64,000 nucleotides of DNA from NCBI RefSeq assembly GCF_037042905.1, contig NC_087251.1:6884001-6948000 (forward strand), read 5' to 3'. The notes beneath the pieces are model-generated. The model made no database searches. It worked only from the letters and a program-made list of their open reading frames with translations, and had not been told where the DNA came from. Of the stretch, positions 1 through 14,112 are shown one piece after another; position 1 is the stretch's first letter, and the number at the start of each line of letters is the position of its first letter. The stretch is from Lytechinus pictus (lineage: Eukaryota). Made by a program: the position numbers and the translations under genes.

Positions 1-1014
1 CAGTCATACAGGTAAGTGTTGCCACTCGTAATTTAATATGCTTCCTTGGTTACCAGTTTTTGCAAGGACCATATTCACAAACATGACTTAATAACTTACT
101 TTTTATGAACATTAATTTATTTCTAGACAAAATACAGAGTGAAACAAAACATTCAATGCAATTTTCTCAATTGAACCTGAAACTGAGAATTAAATTTGAG
201 CATTTAAGTATTGTACTGTCGTGGATCTATACTCAAGTCAATTCAAATTGAAAAATACTTGAATAAAAATATTAACACAAAGAGATACTATAGGCCTACA
301 CTCCACTTGAAATTTTGAAAATGACAACACAGATCAGATATACACAGATAATTGAATATTGCAAGTTTCAAAGTTATAGAACTCTGAGAACTGCCAGAAC
401 CACTCCACAAAGATGAACTCATAGTAGACTAGCTTTTCCATATCATGGGGAACTACTGACTACATGTACAAGTATGATCCTCTGAGCTGACTTATATACT
501 AGCATAAAGACATTTGATTGAAAGTTAGAGATGCTGACCTGGGGGGGGGGGGGAAGGGGGGAGCCAGTTGTCAAATGTATTGCTGTACACATGACCAAAA
601 TATTTCCAAACACCTAAACGAGTTTTTCTCTGTGTGCAGAATAACCCCTTAACAAGTTTTGCCTCAGGCCCAAACACTTCTCAGAAACTAGGAAAAATCC
701 CCGGAGAAAAAGCTTGGGGAAAAAACATACCCTAAACACGTTTGGCTAGTCTTTAAAAAAAATGGCTTAAAAAAAAAAAAAAAATGTTTGGCCCCGTGAT
801 TGACCATTGACCAGTCAGTTTAAAAAAGTCTTTTATTTTTGGTCACACATGTGTAACGTTACAGCAATATTTGACTGCCCCCCCCCCCCCCGGTGCTGAC
901 CATTTTCATAGAAGATATAAAATTGAAATGGATTCTCCAATTTCCATTCTACATTTCCACTCCAGCATGGAATATTGGCTGCAAATGCCATCTCAAGTAC
1001 TGATGATGAATTAC

Positions 1015-1324
1015 CTGAATAGTTATCAAATGCTGTAGGAACATACTGTACTGGATACCCATTTGTTGTGTAGCTCACAACAAGACTTGTCTTTCCAACT
1101 GCCCCATCCCCAACAAGAACACATTTGAGTTTGGTATCACACTGAATAAGATCTTCATCCGAATCGGCCCGCATTACTAAACTACTCGGTGCGCTCGGTG
1201 GGTGTGTAGCCGAAGCTCTGGGTTGAACATTCGGTGGCATTGCGGCAACTTCCTCGTTCTGTCCTACTTGGTCGTGTAAAGAGCCAACGTCCCGGTATTC
1301 CTTTGAAAAACCAGCTAGCACCAT
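1015..1324 (-). CDS. RHOU: First coding exon of RhoU/RhoV (Wrch1/Chp)-like atypical Rho GTPase; remaining exons lie outside the window
   Basis: Translation has a Pro-rich N-terminal extension then [37 protein letters not shown] (P-loop and switch I; YTTNGYP is typical of RhoU/V). GT donor (TCAG|GTAATT) at 1014/1013; the ORF-track continuation beyond it is intronic. Confidence 0.9.
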
Positions 1325-1724
1325 CGAGACTTCGACATGTGGAATGAGAAGTGTCTTCTTTGTAATCCAAACATTAATGAAAACAATTTTTGTAAATCAA
1401 TGTTAGGCGTCGTCGATCTCTGACATAAACTTTTTGGAGTTGGACTTTTCCACGATAGTCGATAGAAAATTAGAATAGAAGAGTAATGCACACTGTCTCT
1501 GTCGAAAGTTAAATTTGGAATCAGTCCCAGAATTGATGGCCGTAGTTTTTGAGTTGTCAGCTAGCTCGAACTGGTACCTCGGCCTTACGTGTCTCGGATC
1601 TGTTTAATTTAACTATTGAAATATTCCATGAAATATCCAAGTCACTCAATTCCTAGTTAAAGCGATGTACTGCTCTGTCGCTGGTGCTTCTCCAAATGAT
1701 CACTGCACTCTAACAGCTGATCGA

Positions 1725-1835
1725 TATCGGGTCGTACCGTACGTCACGTCGTACCGTACGCGTATATATGTACGCTCGCTAAAGTAGTAAGGTAGTGACG
1801 TAGCGTGGATCGCCCGCTGCGATTGGTCGTCTTTC
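1725..1835 (-). promoter_or_regulatory. Putative promoter of the RhoU-like gene
   Basis: Local CpG-rich patch in AT-rich DNA ~400 bp upstream of the ATG, with TGACGT CRE-like sites, a TATATA stretch (~1763-1769) and CCAAT on the minus strand (~1822-1826). Confidence 0.45.
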
Positions 1836-3303
1836 CACTTGTTCCCATAACCAAGGAGCTGAAGCTCCTTGCCATAATAGAAGGGTTGGGTGCACGGGTG
1901 TCACCTCAAGTCGGCTAAAATCAAAGGCCAACTATTAAAGTGCAAATGACTGCGATGTTGTCCGAGGTCCAAGCTTCATCATGAGGGCGATGGGGACGAT
2001 TTCAGCCCCCCCCCCCACACACACAAACCTACTTTTCAGTAAGTAAAGTGTACATCGACGTAAAAAAAAAAATACTATCTTATTGAATGTTTTCCTTTCT
2101 TGAAGTCCGATGAGGTTGCTATGAGTGTATATAGGCCTACCTGTTTCAAAACACAGTGATATTTCAAGTAGTGAAATAGAACTATGAGAAAATGATCAAA
2201 AAGAGGAAAGAAGAATTTAAAAAAGAACAAACGAAAGTTATCCATTTGGAGAAAATTTTGCCATCATTAATCATTACGCCCCCCCCCCCCCTGTCAAAAT
2301 ACCATGGCACCGTCCTTGATAGTTTGGGATGTTAACTACTTCAGTAGCCGCTCGGTCCTGCACGATTATAACCCCCCCCCCCCCCCAACAAAAAAAAATA
2401 TCAATAAATAACTGAATGATTTAAATGAATGAATAAATATATATATTAAATCGTTCATATCACTAGGGGATTCACAATAGCTTTGGAGGGAACTTCGAAT
2501 CTTTGAAAAACTTGGGAACTTCCTATCTCACCGCATGGGGGCGTTATAACCGGTTAGAGAAAGGGACATTGGATGCCGAGACAAAATAATTGTGCTAACA
2601 AAATTATATGAATCAAATCAATGAAATACATGATACAAACAAAATTACATAATATTGATGAAATCATACTAAATGAATAAAAACAAATTAAAACCTATAG
2701 ATTAAAACTGTAAAAGAGTTGCTGAGTGTCTGTGCATGTTTCGCTCAATGAGAGCAGATAGCATGTAAAGTTGCAAAACCGATTTTGTTGCACACTAGCT
2801 ATACCTGTCGATATTCATTTATTATTGATATGCAAACAACCCTAAGACATGTTAAACTCTTTTACTCTTTCTTCTCCTTTACAATACAGAATCTAAGTAT
2901 TATTACCCTTCGTCTTCTTTTAATTGTGGCCCTCCATCCCAGCAGTGTTTTATACATCCATCGTCTAAAAAAGTTAGATTATCTTCAAATTGTTATAGGA
3001 ACAAAGTTTTGAATGTTTGGTGACCCCCCCCCCCCCCCCTCACGAACAAAAATTTCACATTTCAAAATGATTTCATTTCAAACGGATGCACATTATAAGT
3101 TTGAAATTATATAAGAAATTTAAGAGACAATTAATTCAGAGATAACCATTTTGTGTTTCTATTTATTATGATGACAAAGGTAAAGAGATAAAGTAATTTC
3201 ACTTTATTCAGAATAACAGGGCTATGGCAACGTTGATGAAAAGACAGGCTGATTTGATTATGAATTTGAGGGAGCATGTTTACCTTATATCAAATCTGAC
3301 TAT

Positions 3304-3761
3304 CAGCTGCGTACTGAGCCAACAATTTTGAGAGGGCCAGGTGTGGATTATTGGGCAAAATTTGTAAAAAGTTGCAAGAAAGCGAAGGAGGGAGCAAAAA
3401 TGTCATCATTTTTATCACAAACATCCAATTTCGTAATACACTCTTAAAATGTTGGGCAACATACTGTCCACACAACAATTGGTTAAAAAATTATCCACTT
3501 CTGGGTAGTTTTCAACCAATACTTTTTTAGTTTTCACCCAAAGCACACATCATTAGTTTAAAACTACCCTGAAATGGATAAAGTTTTAACTAATTGTTGT
3601 GTGGACAGTATGTTGCCTAACATTTTGAAGAGCGTATAGATATTGATATGATATTCAGAAAATAATATAATTTTCACTCCCTCTCTTTTTTCGTTCGTTG
3701 TGATGTTTTTTTCTGAGGGGGGGGGGGGGGCAAGAGCCCCCCCCCTATATGTACGCCACTG
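3304..3761. mobile_element. hAT-type MITE containing a nested MITE
   Basis: Ends CAGCTGCGTAC...GTACGCCACTG; exact 8-bp TSD CTGACTAT at 3296-3303 and 3762-3769. Confidence 0.8.
3439..3634. mobile_element. Palindromic MITE with TA flanks, nested in the hAT MITE
   Basis: Long TIRs CACTCTTAAAATGTTGGGCAACATACTGTCCACACAACAATT / AATTGTTGTGTGGACAGTATGTTGCCTAACATTTTGAAGAGCG; TA on both sides. Confidence 0.8.
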
Positions 3762-5104
3762 CTGACTATCATAAAATAATATGTTCAAGATCTCTTAAGA
3801 ATTGAAAAGAAAAAACAATTTCTACCACCCCTTCCACCCTCTCTGCTCTCCCTCCCTCACACACACACACCTACAAGTATCACAGGCCTAATTCATTTCC
3901 CATAGGCTCGTGTGTTAAAGTGGCACTTTAAAAAATTCATAAAAAATAAGGAGGAAATTCGAGGGTTGAATGTTTACTACCAGTGGACAGGATATATGTC
4001 TGAGATTCCATATCTGACCAGAAAAGGGTACCTCGACCGGCTCATCTTAAAAATAAATCGGCATTTATGAAGACTACACCTGACAGGATCAAATTCATCA
4101 CTTGAGAGAGTAAAATGGCCCTAATTCTTCCGCCAGTAAAAAAAATAGTTCCAAAGTAGTGATATATCTTTCCAATTTGGAAAAAGGAAGTTCAGTAGGT
4201 ACCCTCCCTAGAATCAGTGTTAGATTGTCAATCATATTCATTCATTTTTGTCAATCAGCAATATCAAATTTCAAAATTTAGCAATGGGTTGGCTCGAGTG
4301 AATATCTTTGGCCTGCCAATTGTAGTTAGGCCCGTGTGACCTACATCCCCACTCTCTCTCCCCTCCCTTCTCTCCCTCTCTCTCTATCTCTCATTCTCTC
4401 CCTCTCCCCAAGAAGGCATGACCACGTGTTTTCAAAAAGTTTAAAGGACATCGATATACCTTTTCTTTCTTTTTTCTGACAGAAACGATACATACCCCCT
4501 AGATGGCATCAAAACATTCATTGAAAACAAGCCCTGAGGGCAAGGCGGGTCTGACGCGTTCTTCATCGAGATAAGACGAACCCACGCGAATCCGAGGTTA
4601 GGATCAATTATCGCAGATAAGAACACGAAGGGTATCGATTTTATCATCTGGGATGGCAGAAGGGATGGCCAGACCTGTGACACAAAAAACACAATTGGAA
4701 AAGGATACAGAAATATAAACTAGAATTGCTCTCAACATGGATCTACCATGCAGGTACACGCTCTCAAGGAAAATTCACTTATTATACATGACATAAGCCA
4801 ATAGTCAGCCCCATTCGACATGTTCGAATTAAAATTGGTGCATTATTTATCACTGCTGCAGTGTTCTTTATAAAAAGATGTTGATTAATGGGGACAGGTA
4901 ATGGTGCAAATAAAATACAATTTGACTGCAAAGAATTAAGTCCATGTACATGTAGTTGCATAGTGAGTATTGAATGTTGTTTCACATGATTGGGCCTACT
5001 CCATGTTTCATACTGAAAGCAAACTATCAGCCATGCGTAGGTATATTCTCAATATCAGTTTCATTGTCTGAAATACCACAAATTTTGTTTGGGATATTCT
5101 CATG

Positions 5105-5895
5105 CAGGGGCGGCGGAACGTACCTTCGTTTTTTTTTTTTTTTTTTGGGGGGGGGGCAAAGCAAAAAAAGGCGCACTTATGTCAAAATGGGCATTTTGGT
5201 GCAAAATGATATTTTCACCATTAGATTATCATCTGTGTGTTTTGTATCAAATAAGTTGAGCAAAGGTTTTTTTAAAGTGATTTCTGATTGATAAAGATAT
5301 AAATTTCGGTTTCATATTTCTGCGAGCGAGCAGTTTTGAAAATAAATCAAATGTGAAGTTGTAAAACTCACTTTTGGTCAATGCGCTGCATGAGTACTGT
5401 TAAAGGGCATCCCTGTGAGATGTTGCGAGCGCGAATTACGAGTTCAAACTTTTGGACATTTCATGTAATCAGACACGAAAAGTAAAAATTCCGATCAGCT
5501 TTTGTACTTACCAGAAAAAGAACCTGTGAAAAACTGCATTTAGTGACTCATGAATAGGAGAAATATCTCACCAAGCGAATAATGCGAGTGCGAAGCGCTA
5601 GCTGAAAATTTGTGATATTCTATCCTGAAAACTGGACATTCTAAGCATATTTTGTAACCAGGAACAGAATAAGTACATTAATAAACGATGATTGATGCGA
5701 GCGCGAAGCGCAAGCCGAAAAAATTGTGATTTTTTTTTTTTACCTAAAATGTATTATGTTTTACTTCAAAAAGGGTATTTCATTTTGAAATAAAAAAGAG
5801 TAATTTTCCATTTTGAAAAAGGGAATTTTTTCCTATATACGGGGATTTTTTTGGGGGGGAAGTGCCCCCCATGACCCCCAGTTCCGCTGCCCCGA
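5105..5895. mobile_element. hAT-type non-autonomous DNA transposon
   Basis: TIR CAGGGGCGGCGGAAC / GTTCCGCTGCCCC; 8-bp TSD TTCTCATG on both sides; internal repeated TGCGAGCGCGAAGCG motifs. Confidence 0.8.
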
Positions 5896-7148
5896 TTCTC
5901 ATGCATTATATATATCTTGTTTCAATCGAAGCTGATATCTTGTTTTCTTTGATCTTGCACAGGTCGATGGCAAATTAATAGCTTACTCCAAATACCGATA
6001 CAAATAAAGTCGGGCTAATTAGATTCACCCAAAACACCTTTGAATGTGAATTGTAAGTCCACTCCAATACAAACATGACAGATGGCTGCAGTGATCGACG
6101 ATCGATGATAATTACTTTGTTGAAGTATAAAATAGGGATATAGGTTAGTGTCCGTATGTAAAAAAGCACCTCAAAAGTGTCACGTTTTTATCTTCTGTAT
6201 TGGTCCTATAGTATTAGATCAGTCCAATAAAATAGGCAATACATCGACACCATTTCCCCATTATATTATAGAAATAAATGTTGTTTGTTGCATTTTCACT
6301 GGACCATCTTTAATAGGTAATGATTATGAGATTGAACATTGACGTTATAAGAAGATATATCTGTCTGTCGCCTGTAACGTCATCAATCGGGTAATTTTGA
6401 AGGATTTTTGTCATTTCGTCGAATCTAATGACTGTTTTAAGCCCCTGATCTTATAAAGCGATTATAAGCTCACTGATGATGAAGATTGTAAGGTATAAGC
6501 AAGGCAATATTCAGAGTCGTGACGTAATCGCAAATCACTGTAACCATTATTCTTTGAATCGTGAAAACTAATTATTTGATTGAATGTTTTGTTTACATTT
6601 CTGTTGTTATTATAACGGTACTGTTTACGTTGCTATGGTTAACTCTTTGGTAAATCTACCGCAATCATTTCCCTTTTCTTCTTCCTGTCTCCACCCCAAG
6701 TTTTGCTCATAAGCTATATAATAATTGTATTACAGTCATGTATGTGTCTTTTCACTCTTAAATGATTCCAAAAAGAATTAAATGAATAAATCCAAATGTA
6801 AATCAAGCGATCTTTGCGCATTTCTTTTCGTGCTTAATGGTCTAGAAATGTCATTTCGTTATATGAATACCATTCAAAACATCATCATTCATGAACAAAC
6901 ACAATTTCCAAACTTGCCTGATTTGAATGTCTCAAAGGGTACTGAACTCTTTAAATTATAATTCACATGTAGACCCTGTTGTAATATATAGTTTTGTACA
7001 TTGTATCAATCTCTATCTGCGTCATTCCGGGTGAAATTGCTAAATTATGCCACTTTTTTAAAATCCTAATTTAAAAATAAAGGCAGATAAAATTTCAGTA
7101 ATATACTTTTGTTTATATTTTATATGCCTTTCATTTTTCATTGTTATC

Positions 7149-7372
7149 GTCGCACGGCTGGCAGAAGCCGGACGCAAATTTCTCACCAAGCATAAGGGCG
7201 CACACACTATAAATTCCATCTAACCTATAAAATATCAACTTATTTCAGAACAAATTTACTAAGCATGTTCCATTTCATCCCTTTATTCATTTAAGTTTGG
7301 CCTGAAATAAGTTGATATTTTAAAGGTTATAGATGGGATTTATTGTGTGCGCCCTTCTGCCAGCCGTGTGAC
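7149..7372. mobile_element. Small foldback/MITE
   Basis: Inverted arms GTCGCACGGCTGGCAGAAG / CTTCTGCCAGCCGTGTGAC and AAAATATCAACTTATTTCAG / CTGAAATAAGTTGATATTTT. Confidence 0.65.
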
Positions 7373-9067
7373 TTTTTATGTAATCATATTTTTGTACTTT
7401 ATTTTGAATCATTCCAATTTTGTAATTATGAAATCATGCTAGTTTATTTCGATAAAACATACAAACAACATGAAATGCTAAATCAACGTTTGAAAGGGTC
7501 GTGAGCTGTGACTAAAATAAGAATTTTCATTTTTTTTTTATTTGAACATTTTCACTTTGATTCAGGGTTGAATAAACATTTACGTTGATTATAATTTCAC
7601 AAGAAAAGTATTAATCTCATATGTTGACTATATTGTGTTTAGAACAAATCATATATATTACCGTAGGCCTATATAGCCTATGAGAAAATATATGCAGCAT
7701 CCCTATTTACTACAGACGGTCCTTGACAGTCGTCAGAATATTGATTGTTCATTCAGCCTAAATAACTTTCTTAAGAGCTTAAGGAAGTTTCATGCTGTCA
7801 TTATGCTTACAAACCGTGAACACTCTTTATGGGACCATAGATGGGATATATTTAACGCGCTAAAAAAAAGAGCCCCAAGTCGGAACCTTGGTCCAAGTCG
7901 CCAGGCGCCTTTTATTTTCTCTACAAATGCACTGCCTAAATATTATGTGAGATCATGGAGCTACTTAAAGGGGATCACCTATATACGTGGTTTCATTGGG
8001 AGTTAAATGTAGTTAGACCATCCACGGAACTTTACTACAACTCAAATCTACGTATCAAAATCAAGGAACGTATGATACAAAATTATCATCAAATATATAA
8101 ATCTCTATAATATGGAAATCAATCAAAGGCCATTACACGTATTCCGAAAATGTATAGGAACTGTGGTATAAAGCTAACATTATTATCAGAATTTGATAGA
8201 GTTGCATAAAGTAGAGATGGGCATAATATGGCATGTCGTACTCTGTGTAATGTTGCTCTATATGGAGTACTGTACAACTCAACGACGCTCAGTTTCACTA
8301 AAAGAAAAAGATCGATGCAGTACTCCCTTTTCAGTTGTCTTTATCTATATTTTTGCCCTGTCTTTGAAAAAAACAAATCTTCTTTTGAGTTATGAGGTCT
8401 CCCCTGTCGTATCGCCCCTGTAATGTATATAGCTATATAGGCCTATAGGCATAGGTGTTGATAGATGATACTGTCATTTGTGTTGAGTCGGGATCTGAGC
8501 CTTTTAACATATAAAAGAAATTGTGCAATTGATCGTAACTGTATTAATATGCAAAACGATATGAATACATTGAAATTTGGATTCATTTATATTGCTGCCA
8601 TGCCTTTGGCCCTACTCTGGCACAAATTATATTTACATCACAGTGAAGAATACTTCCCGATTATCCAAACCTGAACATAAATTATACCGCATAATGGTAT
8701 GAAATTGATTAAAGGGAATATATTCCTCTAATGATATACTAATAATACTTTCTTTACGATTTAAACAAAAAAAAACTTTTTGAGGTATTCGTATAAAGTC
8801 AGACGGATTGGACCGAATCAACAACAGCAATCTGCTTTCTCACACCGAGCATTGACCCTATTTGAGCTAGTCGATACAATTGATTGAGAAGGCGGAGTAT
8901 TTTACCCATAGTCACATTACACTTTGATTGGAAATGTGAGAGGACATCTATAAAGCGGAACTGATAAAAACTCATGCATACACCGGTAATAATACAGAAG
9001 CCTATATAACAAAGGGGACAGATTTAAAGAAAGGCGGGAACCATCAGGAGGAGGAGTGGGGTGTAGG

Positions 9068-9856
9068 CAGTGGCGTACCGTGGGTCAAGGCATTGGGGGG
9101 GGCACCAGCAAAATTTTTGAGTCACTTAGTGAGCGCGCGAAGCGCTCTCAGTTGCCAGGTATACTGACCTAATAGAGACACTGATTTTAAGGACAATGCC
9201 ATTGAACGGATATATGTATCTCACTGGCCAAATAATGCGAGCGCGAAGCGCGATCTGAAAATTTAGATAATTCAGACCAGAAGTGGGAGCATTCTAAGGC
9301 TTGCTTGTAGGAATTCAGACCATACGTATTTCACTAACCAATTGATGCGAGCGCGAAGCGCGAGCCGAAAATTTTTGATATTCAGATGAGAAAAAGGGAC
9401 ATTTTAAGGACTGATTTTAGGAATTCATGGAGGGCAGACATATCTCACCAATCCACTAATGCGAACGTAATCACGGACAGGAAATTTTTTTTTAAAGACC
9501 TTAACATGGGGCAATCACTTTAAGGAGTCATGAAAAAGAAGCATATGTCACTACATTAAACAATAACTCGAAGTGCGAGGAAATATATTTGGTGTATATT
9601 AATGCGAGCACCAGGAACAATGAAGACATAGGCCCTGAGCAAATTATGTTTCATAAAGTTATTATAAAAATGTCTGTTATGTAATGTAACATAACATAAT
9701 TATAATATAACATTATAATGAATAATAATGTCTTCTTTCCTACTACGTTTCTCTATTTTTCTCCCTCTTTTTCTCCTTCCCCCCTTTTTTTTGATCAGCC
9801 GATTGGGGGGGGGGCACGTGCCTTCCCATGCCCCCCCCCCCGTAGTTACGCCACTG
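9068..9856. mobile_element. hAT-type non-autonomous DNA transposon
   Basis: TIR CAGTGGCGTA / TACGCCACTG; exact 8-bp TSD GGTGTAGG (9060-9067, 9857-9864); internal GCGAGCGCGAAGCGCG repeats shared with 5105-5895. Confidence 0.88.
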
Positions 9857-12559
9857 GGTGTAGGTGTTGTTTTTAATGAATGTTATGGCTATTTGAAACT
9901 TTTATTTAAAACTTCATAAAACTCTCGTTTATCTCACTGGTTGTTTTCTTATTAAACAACTTATTCGTCACGGCCAACATTTGATCTAACATTGAACACA
10001 CACAAAAAAAGAGATAAAAAATACGTATATTTCCTGATGAATAATGTTATTGGTGACGAAAAGAAGAAGGATAAATGTCACAATCGTCATTTTTATCGGA
10101 TAATTCATTTAGTATACATGCATGATTTGCTTGATTTTGACGTTCCATTCAATGTCAAAGTTATATAAATGGAGGTGATGTAACATAGTGTCATAAATTC
10201 TCCGTCTGAATGATACCCCTCCCCCCAAAAAAAAATAATTGTGTTTAAAAAAGTCTCCATGGAAATTTAAAAAACGACATGGGGATATTATGCCCCCCTC
10301 GCAACCTTCAAAGGAAAGACGCTGCAGAATGATAATGATGAAATCTGTTGTTGCAATTAATATCCAAGTAATGATTATCTGAAAATCTGATGTATGAAGG
10401 TTGACCTGTATAAGTGTATCTGGAAGCCTATACATGACGTTAACCTTATAATTTGAAGTGCCTAATATATATATGGACCTTGTGTTGCGAATCAACTAAA
10501 ATGCACGTTTACACACCGTACATCCAAAAGAGTTTGACGACAAAAATCTCTTCCAAAGAATGGAAAGTTCAAAGGATGTAATCCTATTTTCTTAGTGCGG
10601 TTTTTACACATTGAATACGAGTTAATTGGAGGGATATACAAATTAACCTGGATTATCAAAGGGTAAACTTCAAGTTCTAAACTTTAAATCCCTTTTGTGA
10701 ATTTTGAAAAGAAAGGGCCATTGAGTTTATGTTGATAGGAAAGGTAGGGTATAATCTCCTTTCTTATAAAGTTAATCCTAAACTAAAGAGTTCAGTAACT
10801 GTTATGATCAAGGATAACGTATAGTTGCTGGTTATTATGATGTTGTTACTTCTTATAAAGATTTTTTGAGAAAAATCGAAGAAAAAAAAACACAAAATGT
10901 TGAAAACCATGTGTGAGAGCTCATTGAACTTCAAAAGTGAAAACCTGAAAGTTTTGTATCAATATTTCCAATGGAAGGTCTTAAAGTCAATTGCCATCTC
11001 TCTTTCTCCTCTTTCTTCCTACTCCTAAGAAGCGATCAATCAGGACTTGTTATCCTTATGCAATGACGTTTGTGTGCTATTGTGTTTGAGTTCATTAACC
11101 CGGTCTATTGATGTTATATACACAAAAGATGGGAGTGCATCGTTTGAATAGATGAACAATGGTGGTGATTGCGGGTGTATTCATTTGAAGTCGTAATATA
11201 ACAAGAAGCGTGAAAATTACAATGCTACTATCAATGTAGAGGACTATATGTAGAATATGTATGGTGAGAACTTGAGTTGGAAAGGCAAATCATATATCAT
11301 CAAATATACACAATACAATAATTTTATCGTTAGGGGAGTTTCGTTTCCACGTAACAGCAATTGCAGTGAAATTCATAACAATAGGCCTATATAATTATAT
11401 GGAATCTTTCTTAGATGTTAAAGTATCGGATATGCCTCAATATGCACACAACTTATATTGGTAGACTATGCATGCAACATGTTATGGCAATAGTAGACGA
11501 TATTTGTTTTGAGGCTTGGCACATTCGTTTGACTTGGGTGACAGCAGTATATTGGATGAAAACATGCACACAAAAAAGTTTGTATTTTATATATATATAT
11601 ATACCATTGTTCTCTTCATTCATTTCTTTCACAATTTAAATATATATATAGTTTAGTTTAATAACGCGTCTCCATGAACTTGCTTAAGTTCTTCAACCAA
11701 ATGCCGAAGGTATAAGGTTGTGTTCTTTTGAAGAAAATCGATATTCCATTATTCAAATGAGGCCCAATATTACGGTAAGTTGTAACAGAGCATAATCATT
11801 TTCAATAACCCACTTCCTTACAGCTCTTGAAAATACCCACATGTATCGATCCAGCTATTCGGAAGCCAGTGAAATATACATTTAGAAAGGAAGATATGAG
11901 AACAACTCACGTTATTTTCTCCTGTATTCTTAAAAGTTATGAAATTGTTTTATTCTGGGACCAATCTATTCTGATGGAGTCAGAACTGAGGCAGATTTCT
12001 TTTTTCAAATTCAATTCATTTATTTTCTCACCAATATAAAAAAAAAATACAATATGTACAAGAATGAAAATCATGTAAAGAGAAAAACGGAAAACTACTG
12101 AAAAGTTCATAAGAAATTTTTAGTTGTAGCTCCCAGCTTTCAAAGATTTAGCGGTCTACATTCTAAACATGTTTCCCATTTTTGTTAAAGCTACAGTAAA
12201 TCATAATTTCTTGGTGAACATTAATATAGTTGGTTATCACATTATAGCATGGTGTATGATGAACAGTGATATAACAGAGGAAAGGGTTGTGCGTTTATCT
12301 TCAGTTTCTTAAATTAGCCCTTTCACTGGAAAAGGAAACATAATAAGGTATAACTTTTAGAAATGTATGATTTTGCAAGGATTCATTTTGTATAAACCAA
12401 ATAAATTTGATATAATACAACGAATCTTATCATATATCTTTATTATCATATGCCTACATTGAAAAAAAAATAGCTCAAGCTTCTCGCTCATTTTGTGAAA
12501 TAGGCATAAAAAATTGTGTTGCCCTCCAAATGTTCTTTTGCCTCCCCTTAGGTTAAAAA

Positions 12560-12907
12560 TGATGGCCCTGGACCCAATCCGCATAGCACTGGCCCCCAAA
12601 AGTTCTACAACTAAGAACAAAAAAGAAAAGATGAAAGGAAAGGAAGATGTAAGATATATTATTTTCTGAATACCTTGTCAAAATCAATCTTAAAGTTAGA
12701 TTCCCATGAAAAGGTGATTTTATTTTCTCGCTTGCTTCGCTCGCAACTTTTTGCCGCGCGCGCCATGCTGTCCCCCCTCTTTTTTTTGGTACTTATCACG
12801 CATTGAGCTGCTTCGCCCTAATGCTCGGGCACAATCATAAAAATCCCGGGAAATTTTTCGCTCTTGCCCCCCCCCCCCCCTGGCCACCGACCCCTGGTTC
12901 GCCACTG
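12560..12907. mobile_element. Degenerate hAT-MITE fragment(s)
   Basis: Ends in TTCGCCACTG after a poly-C tract; shares the ATTTTCTGAATA...GCTCGCTTCGCTCGC body with the 3304 and 29937 elements; left boundary unclear. Confidence 0.5.
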
Positions 12908-13409
12908 GATATTAATTAGAGGGGGGGGGGGGGGGTATAGGAGCCCGAGCAGACATCATCTTGTGCCTTGTGATTTCACGAAATTTATGCATTAAATAGC
13001 CCAATTACTAAGCGCAAAATATTGCATATGTTCATTTCTACGAATACGAATGTCAATTTATGAAATATCGATTAAAGATCTTGAAATTGCCTTCTTGTCC
13101 AGATAAAGCAACTAATTACAATCACTTTACAATTCAAGTGAAGATCTTTCCTTGTCAATAATGTTGCTGCTGTCTTGTATAAAGTCTTGATAATGTAGGA
13201 TTGAGAACCAATTTATAATATAGTTAGTTTTTTAAACGAAGGCGGGTCACGATATGGGTTATCTTGTTGACGAAAATCAAATGAGTTATTCTCCTTCTTT
13301 ATTGCTTGGACATCGACACGTTACAACCGTGTGCTGAATGGGGGCGCTATGCCAATAAATGATTATAGTGCATGTACCTCCATTTCTCATGTTGACTTAC
13401 TGAGATTAT

Positions 13410-13873
13410 TGGGGAAGTTTAACCCGATGATAACTTTTTTTTAACCTGATAAGTTGGTTTTAATAAAAGCAGAAAATAGATGAAAATACTGCTGAATTTG
13501 TGATGAAAATCCGTCGAAGAAAAATGGTGTCATGAAAAGTTTTTAGTTTATGTCACAAACGAGCAGCTCCTCCATATGTTGTGTGATATAAATTCCCCAA
13601 AATGGCACTTTCTTACAAAATTCAAACTTATTTTTTTGGGGCAGTGGACATCAAATACAATATTTCATGTCCCCTTATATAAGAATTTTTTTTTTATCAT
13701 ACTCCTATTAAGATATTTGAATTTATATAACAAGATACACGGAGAAGCTGCTTGCATATGAAATTTAAAAATTCATAACTCTCTTCTTCTTTGATCACAC
13801 CTTCATCAATATTTTTCTCTTACTTTTCTGCTTTTATTACAACAAACGTATCAGAAGAGTGAACTTTCCCTTA
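13410..13873. mobile_element. Degenerate Kolobok-like non-autonomous element
   Basis: Ends GGGGAAGTTTAAC... / GTGAACTTTCCCTTAA with a TTAA-type terminus; imperfect long inverted arms. Confidence 0.45.
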
Positions 13874-13900
13874 AGTGTATAAATAATAAACTGCATACTA

Positions 13901-14112
13901 TTACCCCGGCTTTAGCACGGCTACCCTGATCGGGCGCATCGAGCATTCAAGGAATTCCTTCCTACCAGGTACCCATTTACTACACCTGGGTGAAGAGTGG
14001 CAAATGTAGATAAACGCCTTGCCAAAGGACGCGAGTGCTGCGGTGGGATTTGAACCCCAGACCTTGTGGTTCAAAGTCCGGAGACTTATCCACTGAGCCA
14101 TAACACCTCTAC
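13901..14112 (-). mobile_element. tRNA-derived SINE
   Basis: Minus strand reads TGGCTCAGTGG (A box)...GGTTCAAATCC (B box), then a CORE-like body TCCTTTGGCAAGGC...CACCCAGGTGT...AAATGGGTACC. Degenerate relatives at ~33360-33445 and ~49285-49385. Confidence 0.8.

Noticed and set aside
833..1014. C-terminal part of the 163-aa ORF
   Set aside because: Read-through into the intron after the GT donor; Rho similarity stops at FDNYS.
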